Assembly (NCBI RefSeq): GCF_044704955.1
Contig: NC_091982.1
Coordinates: forward strand, 175,274,001 to 175,338,000
Direction: 5' to 3'
Source of the DNA: Pristiophorus japonicus
Taxonomy: Eukaryota
Length of the DNA stretch: 64,000 bases
Part shown: in pieces, positions 38,201-51,122 of the stretch
How the letters are laid out: each line of letters opens with the position of its first letter
Position numbering within the stretch: the first letter of the stretch is position 1
Position numbers and translations under genes: made by a program
The notes under the pieces: generated by a model
Database searches by the model: none
What the model saw: the letters and a program-made list of their open reading frames with translations, nothing else
Told to the model about the DNA's origin: nothing

Positions 38201-39611
38201 GCTTATCATTCTTGCTTACATTTACCATACAAGTCTGATCCCAAATTGAGAAATGTGGTACTTGCCGTATTAAAAAAGTGTTAACACATTAACATTAAAA
38301 AAATACAGACAAAAGCACTTGCACGCAGCATGCATTGAATCATTTCCAAACCAAGCTCAGTAAAGTCACTTTTTTTCAGGAGGACCATTACTCCACCACT
38401 TTTATTATTCCCCTTAAAATACTGTGATAGTTTGTATTGTAGAATTAGATAAATTTGTCAAGTTTCTCTTCTCCCACAAAGATTTTCTTCCACTGAAATG
38501 TTTACTTCCAATGAATATTAAAACCTGGAAACAACTGCCGGTACAACATAACTTAAAATTAAAACGCTGACTGGGTGGCTTTAAATGGCACTGAATATGT
38601 TACTATTTGTAATCACTACCTTACCTTACAGCATGGAGACCATTTTCGTACGACTTTGCATCTCATCCAAAAGAACCTTTATATGGCAATCCTGTGAATG
38701 CTAAGAATAGCTTCTGTTGTGCATTTCACTACAGAGACCTCTGATTTGTAAATAAATCCAGTATTAAAGAACCCCAAAGTAGCAGAAAATGCAATGGAGT
38801 TTTTCAAAATAACAAATCCTCTCTCCTCTTATCCCTTCATATATATTCAATTATCCGAAGTTGTCCACTGACAAAAATAGTGCTAAGATCCCAAGGCATA
38901 CTCAAAACAGATTATTTTTAAATAGGATTTCACAATTATCAGTAAGTATCTTCCTCTAACCAACCAGGAGAGAACTGTCCTTGGCAAGACCTATTTCAAG
39001 AAACGCAATCTGATCAACAGGTTTTCCTCCTCCATCTTCCATGCCTTTTCCACCACTACACTCAAAACAAAGCAAATACTGATTCACTAAGAAATACTTG
39101 CAACAGGAAAGGCCAAACGCTAAAACGTATTCAAATGCATACAAAAAACTCATATCTTGCAAGTTAAAAACGACAAATTTCTGGTTAAGAAGGAATGCGT
39201 AATTTTGCTACCAGGCTGCTGTATCCTATGTTTATCTGTTTATGGCTTTATAAAGAAAAAATCTGAATTGCCCACTGATCAACAATTCCAGTGCCTGGGC
39301 ATAAGTGAGCCAAGAAAATCAGCCCTATTCTCTCTACCAGAAAAAGTCAAACATTAAAAACTCTTCCCTGTGACTAAGAAATTACAAATTTTTTGAACCA
39401 TTACTGTTGTCCTTCTGCAAAAAAATTTTGTAGTTTGGCAGATTAATGTGTTTCAACCAACAACAAAAAGTTAGTTGTAGCACCTACCTATTAAAAATAA
39501 AAAATCTTCCCTCATTAGCAAGATATTCAAACTTTAGCAATAGATTCAATCTTGCATCTACAAATTTATACTCCTGGTGCTCATTTCAGCTTCCTTCAAG
39601 TCCCAAGTCAT

Positions 39612-39775
39612 GGCACACAACTTGCATTTATATAGTGCCTGTAACATAGCAAAACATCCCAAGGTGCTTAACAAGAGTGTTATTAATAAAACATATGACA
39701 CTGAGCCACAGTAGGAGATATCAGGACAGATGACCAAAAGCTTGGTCAAAGAGGCAGGTTTTAAGGAGCATCTTA
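39612..39775 (-). mobile_element. SINE/L2-type 3' tail fragment
   Basis: CAACTTGCATTTATATAGTGCCT...CCCAAGGTGCTT...CAGATGACCAAAAGCTTGGTCAAAGAGG: antisense L2/SINE tail. Confidence 0.65.
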
Positions 39776-42700
39776 TTCAACAGAGTTAGGCTTTGTAGGA
39801 TAGTGTATAATTTAATCGGAAAAAATAGCTCAACAATATAGAAGTCAGTATAAATATCTTTGTATTATGAGAATACACTCCATGTGATAGAGGCCAACAA
39901 TCATATAGGCTTCTTTTTTTCTAACTATATGCTAAAAAGCTGTGGATCACTATAGTTTTAATATTTTCCAGAATACTCAATATGGACTTGAAGTCCTACA
40001 TATGAGCTTAGAATTGCAACAGCTCTAAAATACCCAGATAAGAAGTTTTTTTAATAAAAGCAAAATACATTAAATTAATACATGAGGATTCATAAACTAT
40101 TCTTAGTACTGAACGACATTTAAAAGTGCACCATTCCTCTCTAACAAATGAGCCAGATAATCAGCCCTTTCCCAATATTTCAACTTAATATTAATTTGGA
40201 GCTGATTTGCTTGAGGAAATAGGTCAAATTCCCATCATTACATTTCCAATGTTAAGTTTAGTTTAGGTAATTCTCCATTTGAAAATAAAGGAGTAAAAGT
40301 ATGAGCATTACTGGACTGTGTCGAACGTCAATGGTTCTGTTCACAGATCCCCGTAGTAATTTTAATAGCTACATGAACTCTATAGCAAAATGCACAAAAG
40401 CTCTTCTCATATTTCAGAAAGACTTGTATGCTTTCTGTTTCAATTTAAAAAGTGTTAGAAAGGCCAATATAAAATAACATTTAAACAGCATTGTTTCACA
40501 AACAAATACACCAGATAATCTTCCTCTTCCCAATATTTCAATTCAATTTCAGTTAAGAGCAGTCATTCTTCCAGAATATTGAAATTGTCCAGGCAGAATT
40601 CAAAGCAATTGTAAAAATAGTTCAGAACCACCATCAATTAAATTACAGTTTCCTTCAATTAACCTAGATGGATTATGCAGAACTCAAAGTATTACCCAAA
40701 AAAGCATTTTATGGCAGCATCAAACTTCCATGAAACTTGAAACTCAGCTGTACCCTTCACCGTAGCTTGTCGTAAGCCATCAATACATATGTAGCAAACT
40801 ATATGCATCCTCCACTTCTAGTAACACTGATTCCTTCAGTGCATACACCAATCCCAAATTGAAAAGGGAAATAAAGTACTCTGAGGCTTCTCTAAATAGT
40901 CATAGATCCACCCAGACACTAGGAGATGCACAATGGCAACCCAATTTACTCCCCTTATAGTACAGTCCTTCCCCTTTGGTTAACATTGAGCTCCCACTCA
41001 ATTTCTCCCCCTTATATGTAATTTACTTACGAGACAAAGCAAACCTGGTACAAAAAAAATGCTATTCTTTGGTTGTCACTGCAACTAATATGTTGTAAGC
41101 ACAAGCACCAACTAATCTGGTCAACACGCAATTTACAAGACTCACATTTGTCAGTGAGTTGTAGTTCTCGCAAGCATTACTGGAAATTAGAATTAATCAA
41201 ATTTGCTTGTTATATTGTTGGGCAGAATGCCACAGCGAACAAGTACAAGTAGTTCAATTAACATTTACTATTTATAGTCAGAAAACCTTTCCCTAACCTA
41301 CAAATGAAGCTTTGCGCAAATAGAAAAATTTTGAAGTAGTACTCGAGCCAAAAGATAGAGACATATTGCTTTAAATAAACTTCTACTGTACCAGACTTGC
41401 AAAAAGGCAAAATCTCTAACAGATCCAAATTACGTCTCCAATACAATTTTATAATTGGGGACTAGTTTTTACTCTTTTGGTTACAGTCAATCTTTTGACC
41501 CCTTCTGAAATAAGCTACTGCAGAATATCCAAGTTGTTTGTTTTGTAAAAGCTCAGTCCAATAAACAATCTAAAGGAGTCTTTTCCAAAATAAGCTGTTC
41601 TTATTTCAATAGGAAACTAGATTCAATTTCAGAATACCCACAGAAACAATAATTTAAATTTAAAATGTTTGCTCAGTGTGTAGAAATCATGTGAATTAAA
41701 TTTTCAAGCTTTCCTCCCTCCTCCCTCTGGTTTTCATTATAGTTACCTATTATGTTCTTAATTTGGTTTCAGAGAATACATTATACCATAAAACAAATGA
41801 GTTTCCCAAATCAGAGGTTATGGATTGCACACTGAGCAGATCTTGAAAACAAGCGGTTTCAAATTAGTCTGTACAGCAGCCTGAGAGAGAAAATTCTGTC
41901 ATGTTTGTAAAAATGACAATGTTTGCCCAACAAAAATAATCACTATCCCACTCAATAACTAAAATGTTCACTCATAACCCACCTACATCCCACAGTAATA
42001 AACCAAATCCAGGAACATCCCTAAAGTTTGCCTTTAATTCCTCAATGCCACTTAATCAATCCCTCCCAAAAAAAACTAGCCTGAAGTCTGTTCTCATTGT
42101 TCTTTTCCCACAAAAACTAGTTGCTTAACCAGAAGGGACACCCATTTCAGTTCTCCAAACCCCAAAACTCAACCAGTTACTCCCAAAATACTGCCAGTTC
42201 CTCTTGTTTCATTTCCCAGCCTCCATCTTCCCCATCCCAGTAAAATTCATACATACTGTACTACATATTTCTGGAGAGAGCAGCTTTCTGCAGGAGGAGA
42301 TTCCTTTTCCACAGAACTTTAAAGATGTCCTTCCAGAGCAAAAACAACATGGTTAGAAGATTCAGTTCAAGTGATTTTACACACACACATACACGTACGC
42401 ACGCGCACACACATACAAACTCCCCAAAAGTCATACAAACATTCACATACTGCATTAGCAAGTCAGGCAAGATAAGCATTCTGCATATAAACACTTTGCT
42501 TCCCCTTTAAACATTTCCCAATAAATTCAAACAAACATAGCTGTTTATTTGTTTTCCTGCAGTATTTATTTGTCTTAGTTCAGAGAGGTTTTCCATATAC
42601 TGCATTAAAAAGGATTACCGTTTGAGTTTCAATTGAACCAAAGTTAAAAATCTGATGTGCTTTGAGGTTTACTGGTGTATCTGACTGATTCTGGAGTAAA

Positions 42701-43183
42701 GATTTACTCAAGAATTCAAAAGTAATAGCCCTGCATTAGGAAACAAGATATTTATCAACTTATGAAACTAGATCAACATCACACTTATACTATACCAGTC
42801 CAATTCAAATCTAGTTAGCCATCAGTGTCCTGTTATTTGAAGTAAATTCAATATCTGTATAAAACATCAAACGACTTAACATTTCCAGCAATACCTTGTC
42901 ATTAGCTTTACAACTGACATGCAGCGCAAATCATATGGTTGATTCAATAAAATGATCCATGCCTTCCATCCATCTCGAACAACCTTTCTCTTTGACACTG
43001 GTTGATGGGACGATTAACAATTTATTTTAGTGCAGTGATAATTATTTTGAACCAAGGTCGTGATGGGGAAAGGGAGAAGAGCCATAATGTGACCATCGTT
43101 AGAAAAAGTGTTCTCTCCCCTACCAAAAAAAACAGCAAGTGTGTAAAAGCTAATAAAATTTCAAAAGTGCCAAGATAACTTAC

Positions 43184-43331
43184 TGGTCCACAGAAGCCAG
43201 CCACCATTGTAACCATCAAGCAGATCACAGAGATGACCAGCCGTGTCTGGCAGAACCTCCAAATGACTGTGTTTAGTGAGGCATTGACCCGGCCACTTTC
43301 TTTCAACTCTGTCTGCCACAGCCGTTCTAAC
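43184..43331 (-). CDS. ABCC5: ABCC5 exon 5
   Basis: (R)LERLWQTELKESGRVNASLNTVIWRFCQTRLVISVICLMVTMVAGFCGP. CTGCAG| acceptor, CCA|GTAAGT donor; 148 nt. Confidence 0.96.
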
Positions 43332-44051
43332 CTGCAGAAAGGCAATATACGCAGAATTTGAGGATTTGAGTAACAAGATGAAAAAAAGCTTTTCAGTCAC
43401 TCAGCATTAATGGTATTTTTTTTTTAAAAAGATAGCAAAAATGTTTGTCCATCTCGTGAGAGGAAAGTAATTCAGTTACAACAAAACAAGAAATATGCAT
43501 GATATACAATTACAGCATTTCAGTTTCTGGTGCAGTCTGAAAACATTATAGTGTTAAAATGTTCTGAAGTTTTCACATTAACCTATTGCAACAGGTTATG
43601 GAAGTTAAAATTAAGGTTTAATTTTGAGGCTTTTTACTCCAAGCTATTATTTCAAGTTTTATTATTTATATAAATCTAAGTACTGAGCAGCCTCAGCATA
43701 TTTTCAGTGTACTGCGGAATTGAAGTTGTAACTAACAGCCCACAAATGCAGCCCACTATTCATCATTACAAAAATGTCTTTTTAAGACGTATCCATTGAA
43801 ATATAGTATATAACCAAATCACACTGCTTCTCATGCACAAAGCTCAGCATACTGTAGAGAAAGAAAACACAGCTTGACTGAAAGTGTGTCACTTGGGCAT
43901 CAGCAGAACAGCACTTCATAAGGGACATAGAGATCATTTTCATCCTCGCTGCTTGATCAGCAAACCAGCAGGGCGGATCACCCACCCCTTGTAGGAACTA
44001 CTTTCAGTGGAAATGAAGAACAGGCATTTCTATAAGGAGCATTTTTTTAAA

Positions 44052-44540
44052 AATATATTCGTTCCTAGGATATGGGCATCGCTGGCAAGGCCAGCATTTA
44101 TTGCCCACCCCGAACTGCCCTCGAGGTGGTGGTGAGCGGCCTTCTTGAACCGCTGCAGTCCGTGTGGTGAAGGTACTCCCATAGTGCTGTTAGGGAAGGA
44201 GTTCCAGGATTTTGACCCAGCAACGATGAAGGAACAGCGATATATTTTCAAGTTAGGATGGTGTGCAACTTGGAGGGGAACTTGCAGGTGATGGTGTTCC
44301 CATTTGCCTGCTGCCCTTGTTCTTCTAGGTGGCAGAGGTCACGGGTTTGGAAGGTGCTGCCGATGAAGCCTTGGCGAGTTACTGCAGAGCATCTTGCAGA
44401 TGGTACACACTGCAGCCATGGTGCGCCGGTGGTGGAGGGAGCGAATGTTTAAGGTGGTGGATGGGGTACCAATCAAGCGGGCTGCTTTGTCCTGGATGGT
44501 GTCGAACTTCGAGTGTTGTTGGAGCTGCACTCATCCAGGG
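44052..44540 (-). mobile_element. CR1/L2-clade LINE 3' end
   Basis: Minus ORF KFDTIQDKAARLIGTPSTTLNIRSLHHRRTMAAVCTICKM and SKSWNSFPNSTMG..LQRFKKAAHHHL; short tandem duplication CACTCATCCAGGGTGATC at the truncation point. Confidence 0.85.
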
Positions 44541-45179
44541 TGATCCACTCATCCAGGGTGATCCACTCCACCAGGTTACTGTCCAGGTGGCGAAGTTGAA
44601 AATAATCCCTAAAGTATAAGCAGGAGTTCCACTATGTGCAAAGCACCAATATAGTTTGGATATTTATGATTTCGATTCTCATTTCCTTACCATTCAATCC
44701 TTGAATCACTCTGAAGTTCTATTAGTTCCTTAGCTACTTCATGCTCTTAATTCAATTGTTTTATTGGTAGTTTCACACAGCAGTCCCTGAGTGATCTCAA
44801 TCCTCTCCCTTTCATAATTTTCAGTTATCTCACTTGCTGTCCTATGATGTAACTTTACTTACCATCTCAGAATTTAAAGTCCATGTTACAGCAACCTCAC
44901 TCCATCTCTCAACACAAACAAAAGATTTAATGAGCTGTTAATAAAGTCAACACTTCACTGGTGTTAACCTACAGAAACGGAATTATATAAATTATCCTGA
45001 TTAATGCTTGTACTATGTGCAAGAAATAGTATTTACAAAAACAGCATTGTAACAGATGAGAGAAGAACCTACAGAAATTGCATGAGCAATTATACAAACT
45101 AACTTGGTGAGTATTTGAGCAGTCTACCCCATGGGAGAAATAGGAACTGGAGGAAAAAAAGCTTCAGGAATTTGCAAAG

Positions 45180-45450
45180 CATCTCACAGACAGTAAGTAC
45201 ACAGCAAGATCCCACAAATAGCAAATAAGGTACAACTTATACAGATGGTGATGTTGGTTGAGGGATGATTGTTGTTCAGACACCAGGGGAACTCCCTGAA
45301 CCTCTTCAAAAAAAAAAGTGGGATCTTTTCGCTATTTGAAAAAGCAGACACAGCCTCGGCTTAACATCTTATCTGAAAGATGGCACCTTTAACAAAGCAG
45401 CACTCCCCTCAGTACTGCACTGATGTGTCAGCCTAAATACGTTCAAATCC
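45180..45450 (-). mobile_element. Decayed Deu-domain SINE, antisense
   Basis: CACAGCAAGATCCCACAAA...CCTCGGCTTAACATCTTATCTGAAAGATGGCACC...CACTCCCTCAGTACTGCACTG. Confidence 0.75.
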
Positions 45451-46132
45451 TGTGCAATGTAATGGGGGAGGGAATATATATATATATATATACACATGTG
45501 TAGTGAATAATCCAATATCTTAGTCCAAAGCACAACTACCTATCCTACTCAAGTAATTCATGAACTTACACTTAGAGAATTCTTTGCTATATTTTGTTAA
45601 TTGTACAGTGCTAGAAATAAATGCATTTTATTTTAAGATAAAAAGCTTCAAGCTAAAGCATTTTGGTAATAGACAACACAGAATGAAGTTTAGAGCATAG
45701 ATCAATCAATGCTCCTGATTTGCACACATGCCTCATTTTCTTTCCCACTGCACAAGGATCCGGGAGAAATTCTGCAACCCATGAATTCTCCAATTTTAGG
45801 AAGGTGAATACAAATTTTGTTTGCAATACTGTCATATAAAAGTAAGGATAGACAATGCCAAATAGGAATCTCAATTGGATACGCCTTCCTGCAGCTTTAA
45901 AAAAAATGATCACGTCTAGATTCAAAGTGTAATACAAACATGTTCAAAGATCAGCACAGTTCTAAAAGAATCAGAACAAACATATCTACACATGTACATA
46001 AAGTCTACTGCCACATTAAGATAGCAACATTTCTTATCTATAAGAATCACACATGAACACAGTAAAAAGTGCAGTGCCACAGGAATTAAAGATAGAATAT
46101 CGATAAGTAGTTTTAGGAGATCACACACGTAC

Positions 46133-46288
46133 CTTCTACTATTGACTTCAGAAGATTCATATTTCGACAGGGGCCAAACATCTTCTAAGAGGAGCTCCCC
46201 TTTTTTATAAGCCGTGAGGGCCAAAGATGTCAACCAACTGAAGGTCATGAATGAGAAGAAGCCAGCATTGTCCACAGGATGCTGCTGT
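46133..46288 (-). CDS. ABCC5: ABCC5 exon 4 (lasso/L0 region)
   Basis: QQHPVDNAGFFSFMTFSWLTSLALTAYKKGELLLEDVWPLSKYESSEVNSR. TTCATAG| acceptor, AAG|GTACGT donor; 156 nt, phases fit both neighbours. Confidence 0.96.
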
Positions 46289-46809
46289 CTATGAATAGAA
46301 AAAGGTAAACTACATCAATAGAAACAAACTCAAGGATGTAACCATCAGATCCTGTTTCCTTTCTGCAAACTGCTCCCTCTTGTTCTTCAGATGAGACAGC
46401 ATTTCAAGATTCTGTCTGCCTGTTCCTATGTTAAATATTCTAGGGCACTATCTGAAGCAGAGCAAGAAATTCTCCTGTGTTGCACACAGGAGACCATCAA
46501 GTCGAGCATGTTTGTGATGGCTTTTTGGCAAAGAAATCCAAGTCTTTCCCCATTGGACTCCAACTTCCTGTGTCAAATGTTTATTGACTCTTTTCTTAAA
46601 AAAGCAAGTTTCTGACTCAACTACTCGGTGTCAAAGCATTACACACTCTCTCAATTCTCTGCATAAATACATTTCTCCTTATTCAGTAAAGATTTAAAAT
46701 TGACTTGTCACTGACTTTGCACGGAGATGGATGTAGTTGACTAGTCGTTCTATCAAAACTCTTCATGAATTAAAAAAAAATTAAATGCCTTCTACCTTCT
46801 TTGCAGCAA

Positions 46810-47350
46810 GACTTCTTTCCTCTTGTACTCCAATCCCTTTGTAATAAAGGCCAACATACCATTTGCTTTCCTAATTGCTTGCTGTACCTGCATGTTAACT
46901 TTCAGTGTTCCATTTACAAGGACACCCAGATCCTTCTGAACACCAACATTTCCCAATCTTGCACCTTTTTAAAAATATTCTGCTTTTTTATTTTTCCTAT
47001 CAAAGTGGATAACTTCACATTTTTCCACATTATAATCCATCTATCACATTTCTGCCCACTCACTTAACCTGTCGACATCCCTTTGCAGCCTCTTTGCATC
47101 CTTCTCACAGCTTGCATTCTGGTCCTCTCATCTAAGTAATCGATATAGATTGTAAATACCTGAGGTTCAAAAACTGATCCTTGCAGCACCCCACGAGTGA
47201 TAGCCAGCCAACTCGAAAATGACCTGTTTATACGTACTCTTTGTTTTCTGTCTGTTAACCAATCCTCAATCCATGCTAATATATTACCCCCAATTCCATC
47301 AGCCCTAATTTCGTGGCACCTTATCGAATGCTTCTTCAAAATCCAAATAC
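46810..47350 (-). mobile_element. CR1 LINE RT fragment
   Basis: GIGGNILAWIEDWLTDRKQRVRIN...GVLQGSVFEPQVFTIYIDYLDE. Confidence 0.85.
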
Positions 47351-47814
47351 TTCTACATCTGCTTCTTCTGCTATCTGCCTCCTGACATCTTTTAGTCCTC
47401 CTGTATTTGTCAAACCCTCTATTTTTCCATCAGCTTAAGCTTATGACTCATTATGACAAATATTCAATCATGGAGGAGGGAAAGAAGGGCATCACATAGT
47501 AGAATTAATATCCCTTGTTGAATGAGTACATTTTGAAAAAAATATTAACACGTGTTCCAAAATAATTGATCTAAAATAAAAACCATTACACTGTTGTAGG
47601 ATTCTCTCTAATTCAATTTAATATCAAATTTCACTACAAAAATATATCTTAAATGTAGGTTTTAAAACCCAAAAGGTGTACTGGAAAGTTGCATAGAAAA
47701 ATGCATAGAATAATGTTAACAACTGTGTTCAGCACATATTTCAGAAAAGTTACCTTAAGTGTTGCTTTTTACTGGAACAATAATACTAAATTTGCATTTC
47801 TAAGAGGCACTCAC

Positions 47815-47975
47815 TTGGAGGTGTTGCGAAAGGGCTTGAACAGGTGTAAGCTATGATGATACTTTCCCTTCTGGTTTTTCTCATCCAGAATTTGCATACA
47901 GGAGTGCATTGAAACATCCAGCGGCAGCCCTTCCACCCGACCTGCTGTCTCCAGGGCATCTTCACACAACACTCT
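47815..47975 (-). CDS. ABCC5: ABCC5 exon 3
   Basis: RVLCEDALETAGRVEGLPLDVSMHSCMQILDEKNQKGKYHHSLHLFKPFRNTS(K), homologous to human ECQDALETAARAEGLSLDASMHSQLRILDEEHPKGKYHH. Acceptor TGTAAG|, donor CAA|GTGAGT; 161 nt. Confidence 0.93.
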
Positions 47976-48129
47976 CTTACAATAAGATGAGGGGGGGGGG
48001 GGGCGGGGGTGGAAATAAGAGAAAAGAAATCAATAGAGCAATTAAATATTGGGAAGCCCAAAGCCATCATCCCCGGTCGCCAACTTCGTTCCCTAGCCAG
48101 GAATTTCATCCCCCTCCCTGGCCAATGTC

Positions 48130-48808
48130 TGAGGCTGAACTCGGCGTCCTATTTGATGCTGAATTGACCTTTAACCCCTATAATCCTCTCTAACACAAAG
48201 ATCACCTATTTCCACCTCCATAATATTGCCCAACTCCATCACCCCTCAGGCCATCTGCTGCTGAAACTCTCATCCAGACTTGACTACCCCAATGCACTCC
48301 TGGCAAGCTACCCACCTTTCACATTTCGTAAACTTAGTTCATCCAAAGCTCTGCTGCCTGCATCCTGACCCACACCCTCCCATTTACCCATCACTTTTGT
48401 GCTCGCTGACTTACTTTACCTCCCCATCTTTGATTTTAAAATTCCCATCCTGGTGTTCAGATCCATCCATGGCCTCCCCCTCCCCCATCTCTGTAATCTT
48501 CTCTAGGCCTACACCCTCCAAGATCGCTGCATTTTCTCCAATTCTGGCCTCTTGTGCATCCCCGCTATCCATTGCCCTTCCATTGGCAGCCATGCCTTCA
48601 GCTGTCTAAGCCCCAGGTCTGGAATTCCATCCCTAATCCTCTCAGCCCCTGTCTCTCTCCTCCTTTAAGGCTATCCTTAAAACCTACATCTTTGACAAAA
48701 CTTTTATCTCCTGTCTTAATATCTCTTTATGTGGCTTGGTATCAAATTTTATCTGATTATCATTCCTTTGAAGTGCGTTGGGATCTAAATGCAAGTTGTT
48801 GTTTTTGT
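48130..48808 (+). mobile_element. L2 LINE 3' fragment
   Basis: ELGVLFDAELTF, TAETLI..RLDYPNALLA and SLILKF-type L2 RT C-terminal remnants; tail AAATGCAAGTTGTTGTT. Confidence 0.75.
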
Positions 48809-50198
48809 TAAGCAGAATACATTATCCCCCATCATTGTAGAGGAGGTGACTCCGTTAACATTTTTACCTAATCGTGTAGTTTTGGTGTAAATCAGAAAAG
48901 GCAGGGAATCAGCGTATTTGGAGACACCAGGATCTGGAGAGTATCTATTTATCCAACTCATAATTTCAGTACTTCAAAAACAAATTTCAAGCTTTGTCAA
49001 ATGATGGCACATTACTCTGCTACATTAGGATGTGGAGGGGGATGGGTTGAAGGGGGGAAATAGAGAGGAAGTGGAATGGAAAGGAGCAGGGAAGCACGAG
49101 AGGGATAGTGAGCAAGAAATAAAAGGCCAGTATAAGGGTAAAGGAGCAGAGGTCATTCCAGCTATTTTTGTTTGGATGGGTGCTTTAATTAATTGCGAAA
49201 GTGACAGAAACAAAAGACGCAATGCTTAAATTATACAAAACAAGCTATGAATGGCATTTCAGTGACCAGTTCGTCCTTTCTCTTCCGACAGCATTGCACC
49301 AAAAGCATTTATCTGTGCGTGGATTTCATTGTTAATATAGTAAATCGTTACAATTGAAGATAATTAGACAGCTTATTATCTTGCATTTCCTGTTACTGTA
49401 GCAAATTGATAAGGATAGACAGTCACTTTATGAAACTACATGAGAACATCTGGAGAGTCGACCAGATGACATCTTGAGGTAACCTTGAAATTGCACAAGG
49501 TCCATTCCCATGATGCAATCGAAGTATCTACTGCCAGTTAAAACCTTGCCACATGAAGCGAAATACGGAACTATCAGATGTATTTGTCACACAGATGGGT
49601 CTGTCATAACCAGCAAGATCAGTGGGTGAATCACTCACTGTTCTGCTGACTCATTCAAAGCACTTATATAAACTTTCAACTATGAGTTAACATATTTGGG
49701 AGGGAGGGAAAAGGAAAAGAAAGAAAAAGAAACCAAACCAACCAATGTTTTCCAAAAATCAGGAGCAACCAGCATCCTGGTTAACAGGTCGGTGTGCCAA
49801 GACCTCAAGTGTTGAAAGAAAAGAAGCAAGCAATATAGTAAGTAAAACTCAGTAAGCAAACTCAAGATGATTTTTGCTTCAAAAGTAAAACTTGTTGCTC
49901 ATAATGGATTGAAGTATTCTGGCTGAATAACCTAAATGCTGAAACTTGCTCAAGCCCTGTTTAATTGGATTTCTTTTGTGGGGGTGGGGTCAGGGGAAAG
50001 AAAGACAAGGTGAAACCTGCTGTAGAATTAAGAAAACATCAGGGTCAAAACTGCTTTCCTCCTGCACCAGTATGATGGAAAAGTATTTTCTGTTTGGAAC
50101 AGTTAAGTGAAGGTAAAAAAAATAACAGGTGAATTCCTACAAGATGTATCATCTGAGTGTTTTAACAATATTGATGGTGAGTTGGTGCAAATGCAGTA

Positions 50199-50381
50199 GC
50201 CCCGATTTTAACCTAACCCATCTGGCGGAAGTGGGGAGAGTTCAGGTCAGACGCCCATTTTACCCCTGCACCCCCCATCCGATTTTACTCTTCATTGAAG
50301 TATAAATCAGGCAAGTGTAAAGTGGATGCCTGACCTGAACCCATCCCATTCCTGCTTGGCGGATTCGATTAAAATTGGGGT
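50199..50381. mobile_element. Small MITE
   Basis: Terminal inverted repeats CCCCGATTTTAA / TTAAAATTGGGG. Confidence 0.55.
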
Positions 50382-50619
50382 TATTGTTTCTTGAGCTGTT
50401 TGAGACTTCTGTAGGTTCACCTGAGCACTCATAATTAACCAAAGGAGAAACTTGGCATTTCATATTGGAAGTACTTCCCCGTTTTCCATATGGACACATC
50501 TCAAACCAACAAACAGTTCATGTGTGCTAAATAATCTAAAATATTTGTATTTGGCAGAGACCCATCTGCATACTTCAGATTTATTTTAGTAAATTAGTTT
50601 AACTTACCTAGTTTACAGA

Positions 50620-50870
50620 GATGGAGGTAAAAGATTCAATGGCATTATTCAAAAAGCAAAAGGAGTCCTGTGTCAACTTTTATTCCTTAACTAGCTCCAC
50701 TAAAAACAAACAGATTAGCTGCTCATTCATCTTATTGCCGTTTGTGGAATTCTGTTTGGTGCAAATTGGCTACCCGGTTTCACTACAAAACATTGACTGT
50801 GCTTCAAAAGTAATTCATTGCCTGTGAAGCACTTTGGCACGTGAATGGGATGATATCATTCCAAGTTTTT
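50620..50870 (+). mobile_element. Decayed Deu-domain SINE 3' part
   Basis: GGAGGTAAAAGATTCAATGGCATTATT...TTGCCGTTTGTGGAAT...GTGCAAATTGGCT...TGTGAAGCACTTTGG. Confidence 0.65.
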
Positions 50871-50872
50871 TT

Positions 50873-50952
50873 TTTTTATTTGCAGCGAAAACCTACGTAT
50901 TCCACAGAAGCTTTTTATTTGCAGCGAAAACCTACGTATTCCACAGAAGCTT
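50873..50952. repeat. Perfect 39-bp tandem duplication
   Basis: TTTTATTTGCAGCGAAAACCTACGTATTCCACAGAAGCT occurs twice in tandem. Confidence 0.95.
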
Positions 50953-51122
50953 ACTTTCTTTTTGTCCTAGTCTTTGTCTATTAATGCATTCTCAACTGTC
51001 TGAGCTAGTTGCCACGCATGATGAAAGTAAACACATGCTTTTACAAATCTAAACATTATACGATGTCCTGTCGCTTTGACTCCATCTTCCAGTTCACCTC
51101 TAGCCCATCGAGAACACACAAT

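Noticed and set aside
50070-50157. ATGATG...CTGA as a box C/D snoRNA
   Set aside because: Box C imperfect, no terminal stem, and antisense to the host gene.
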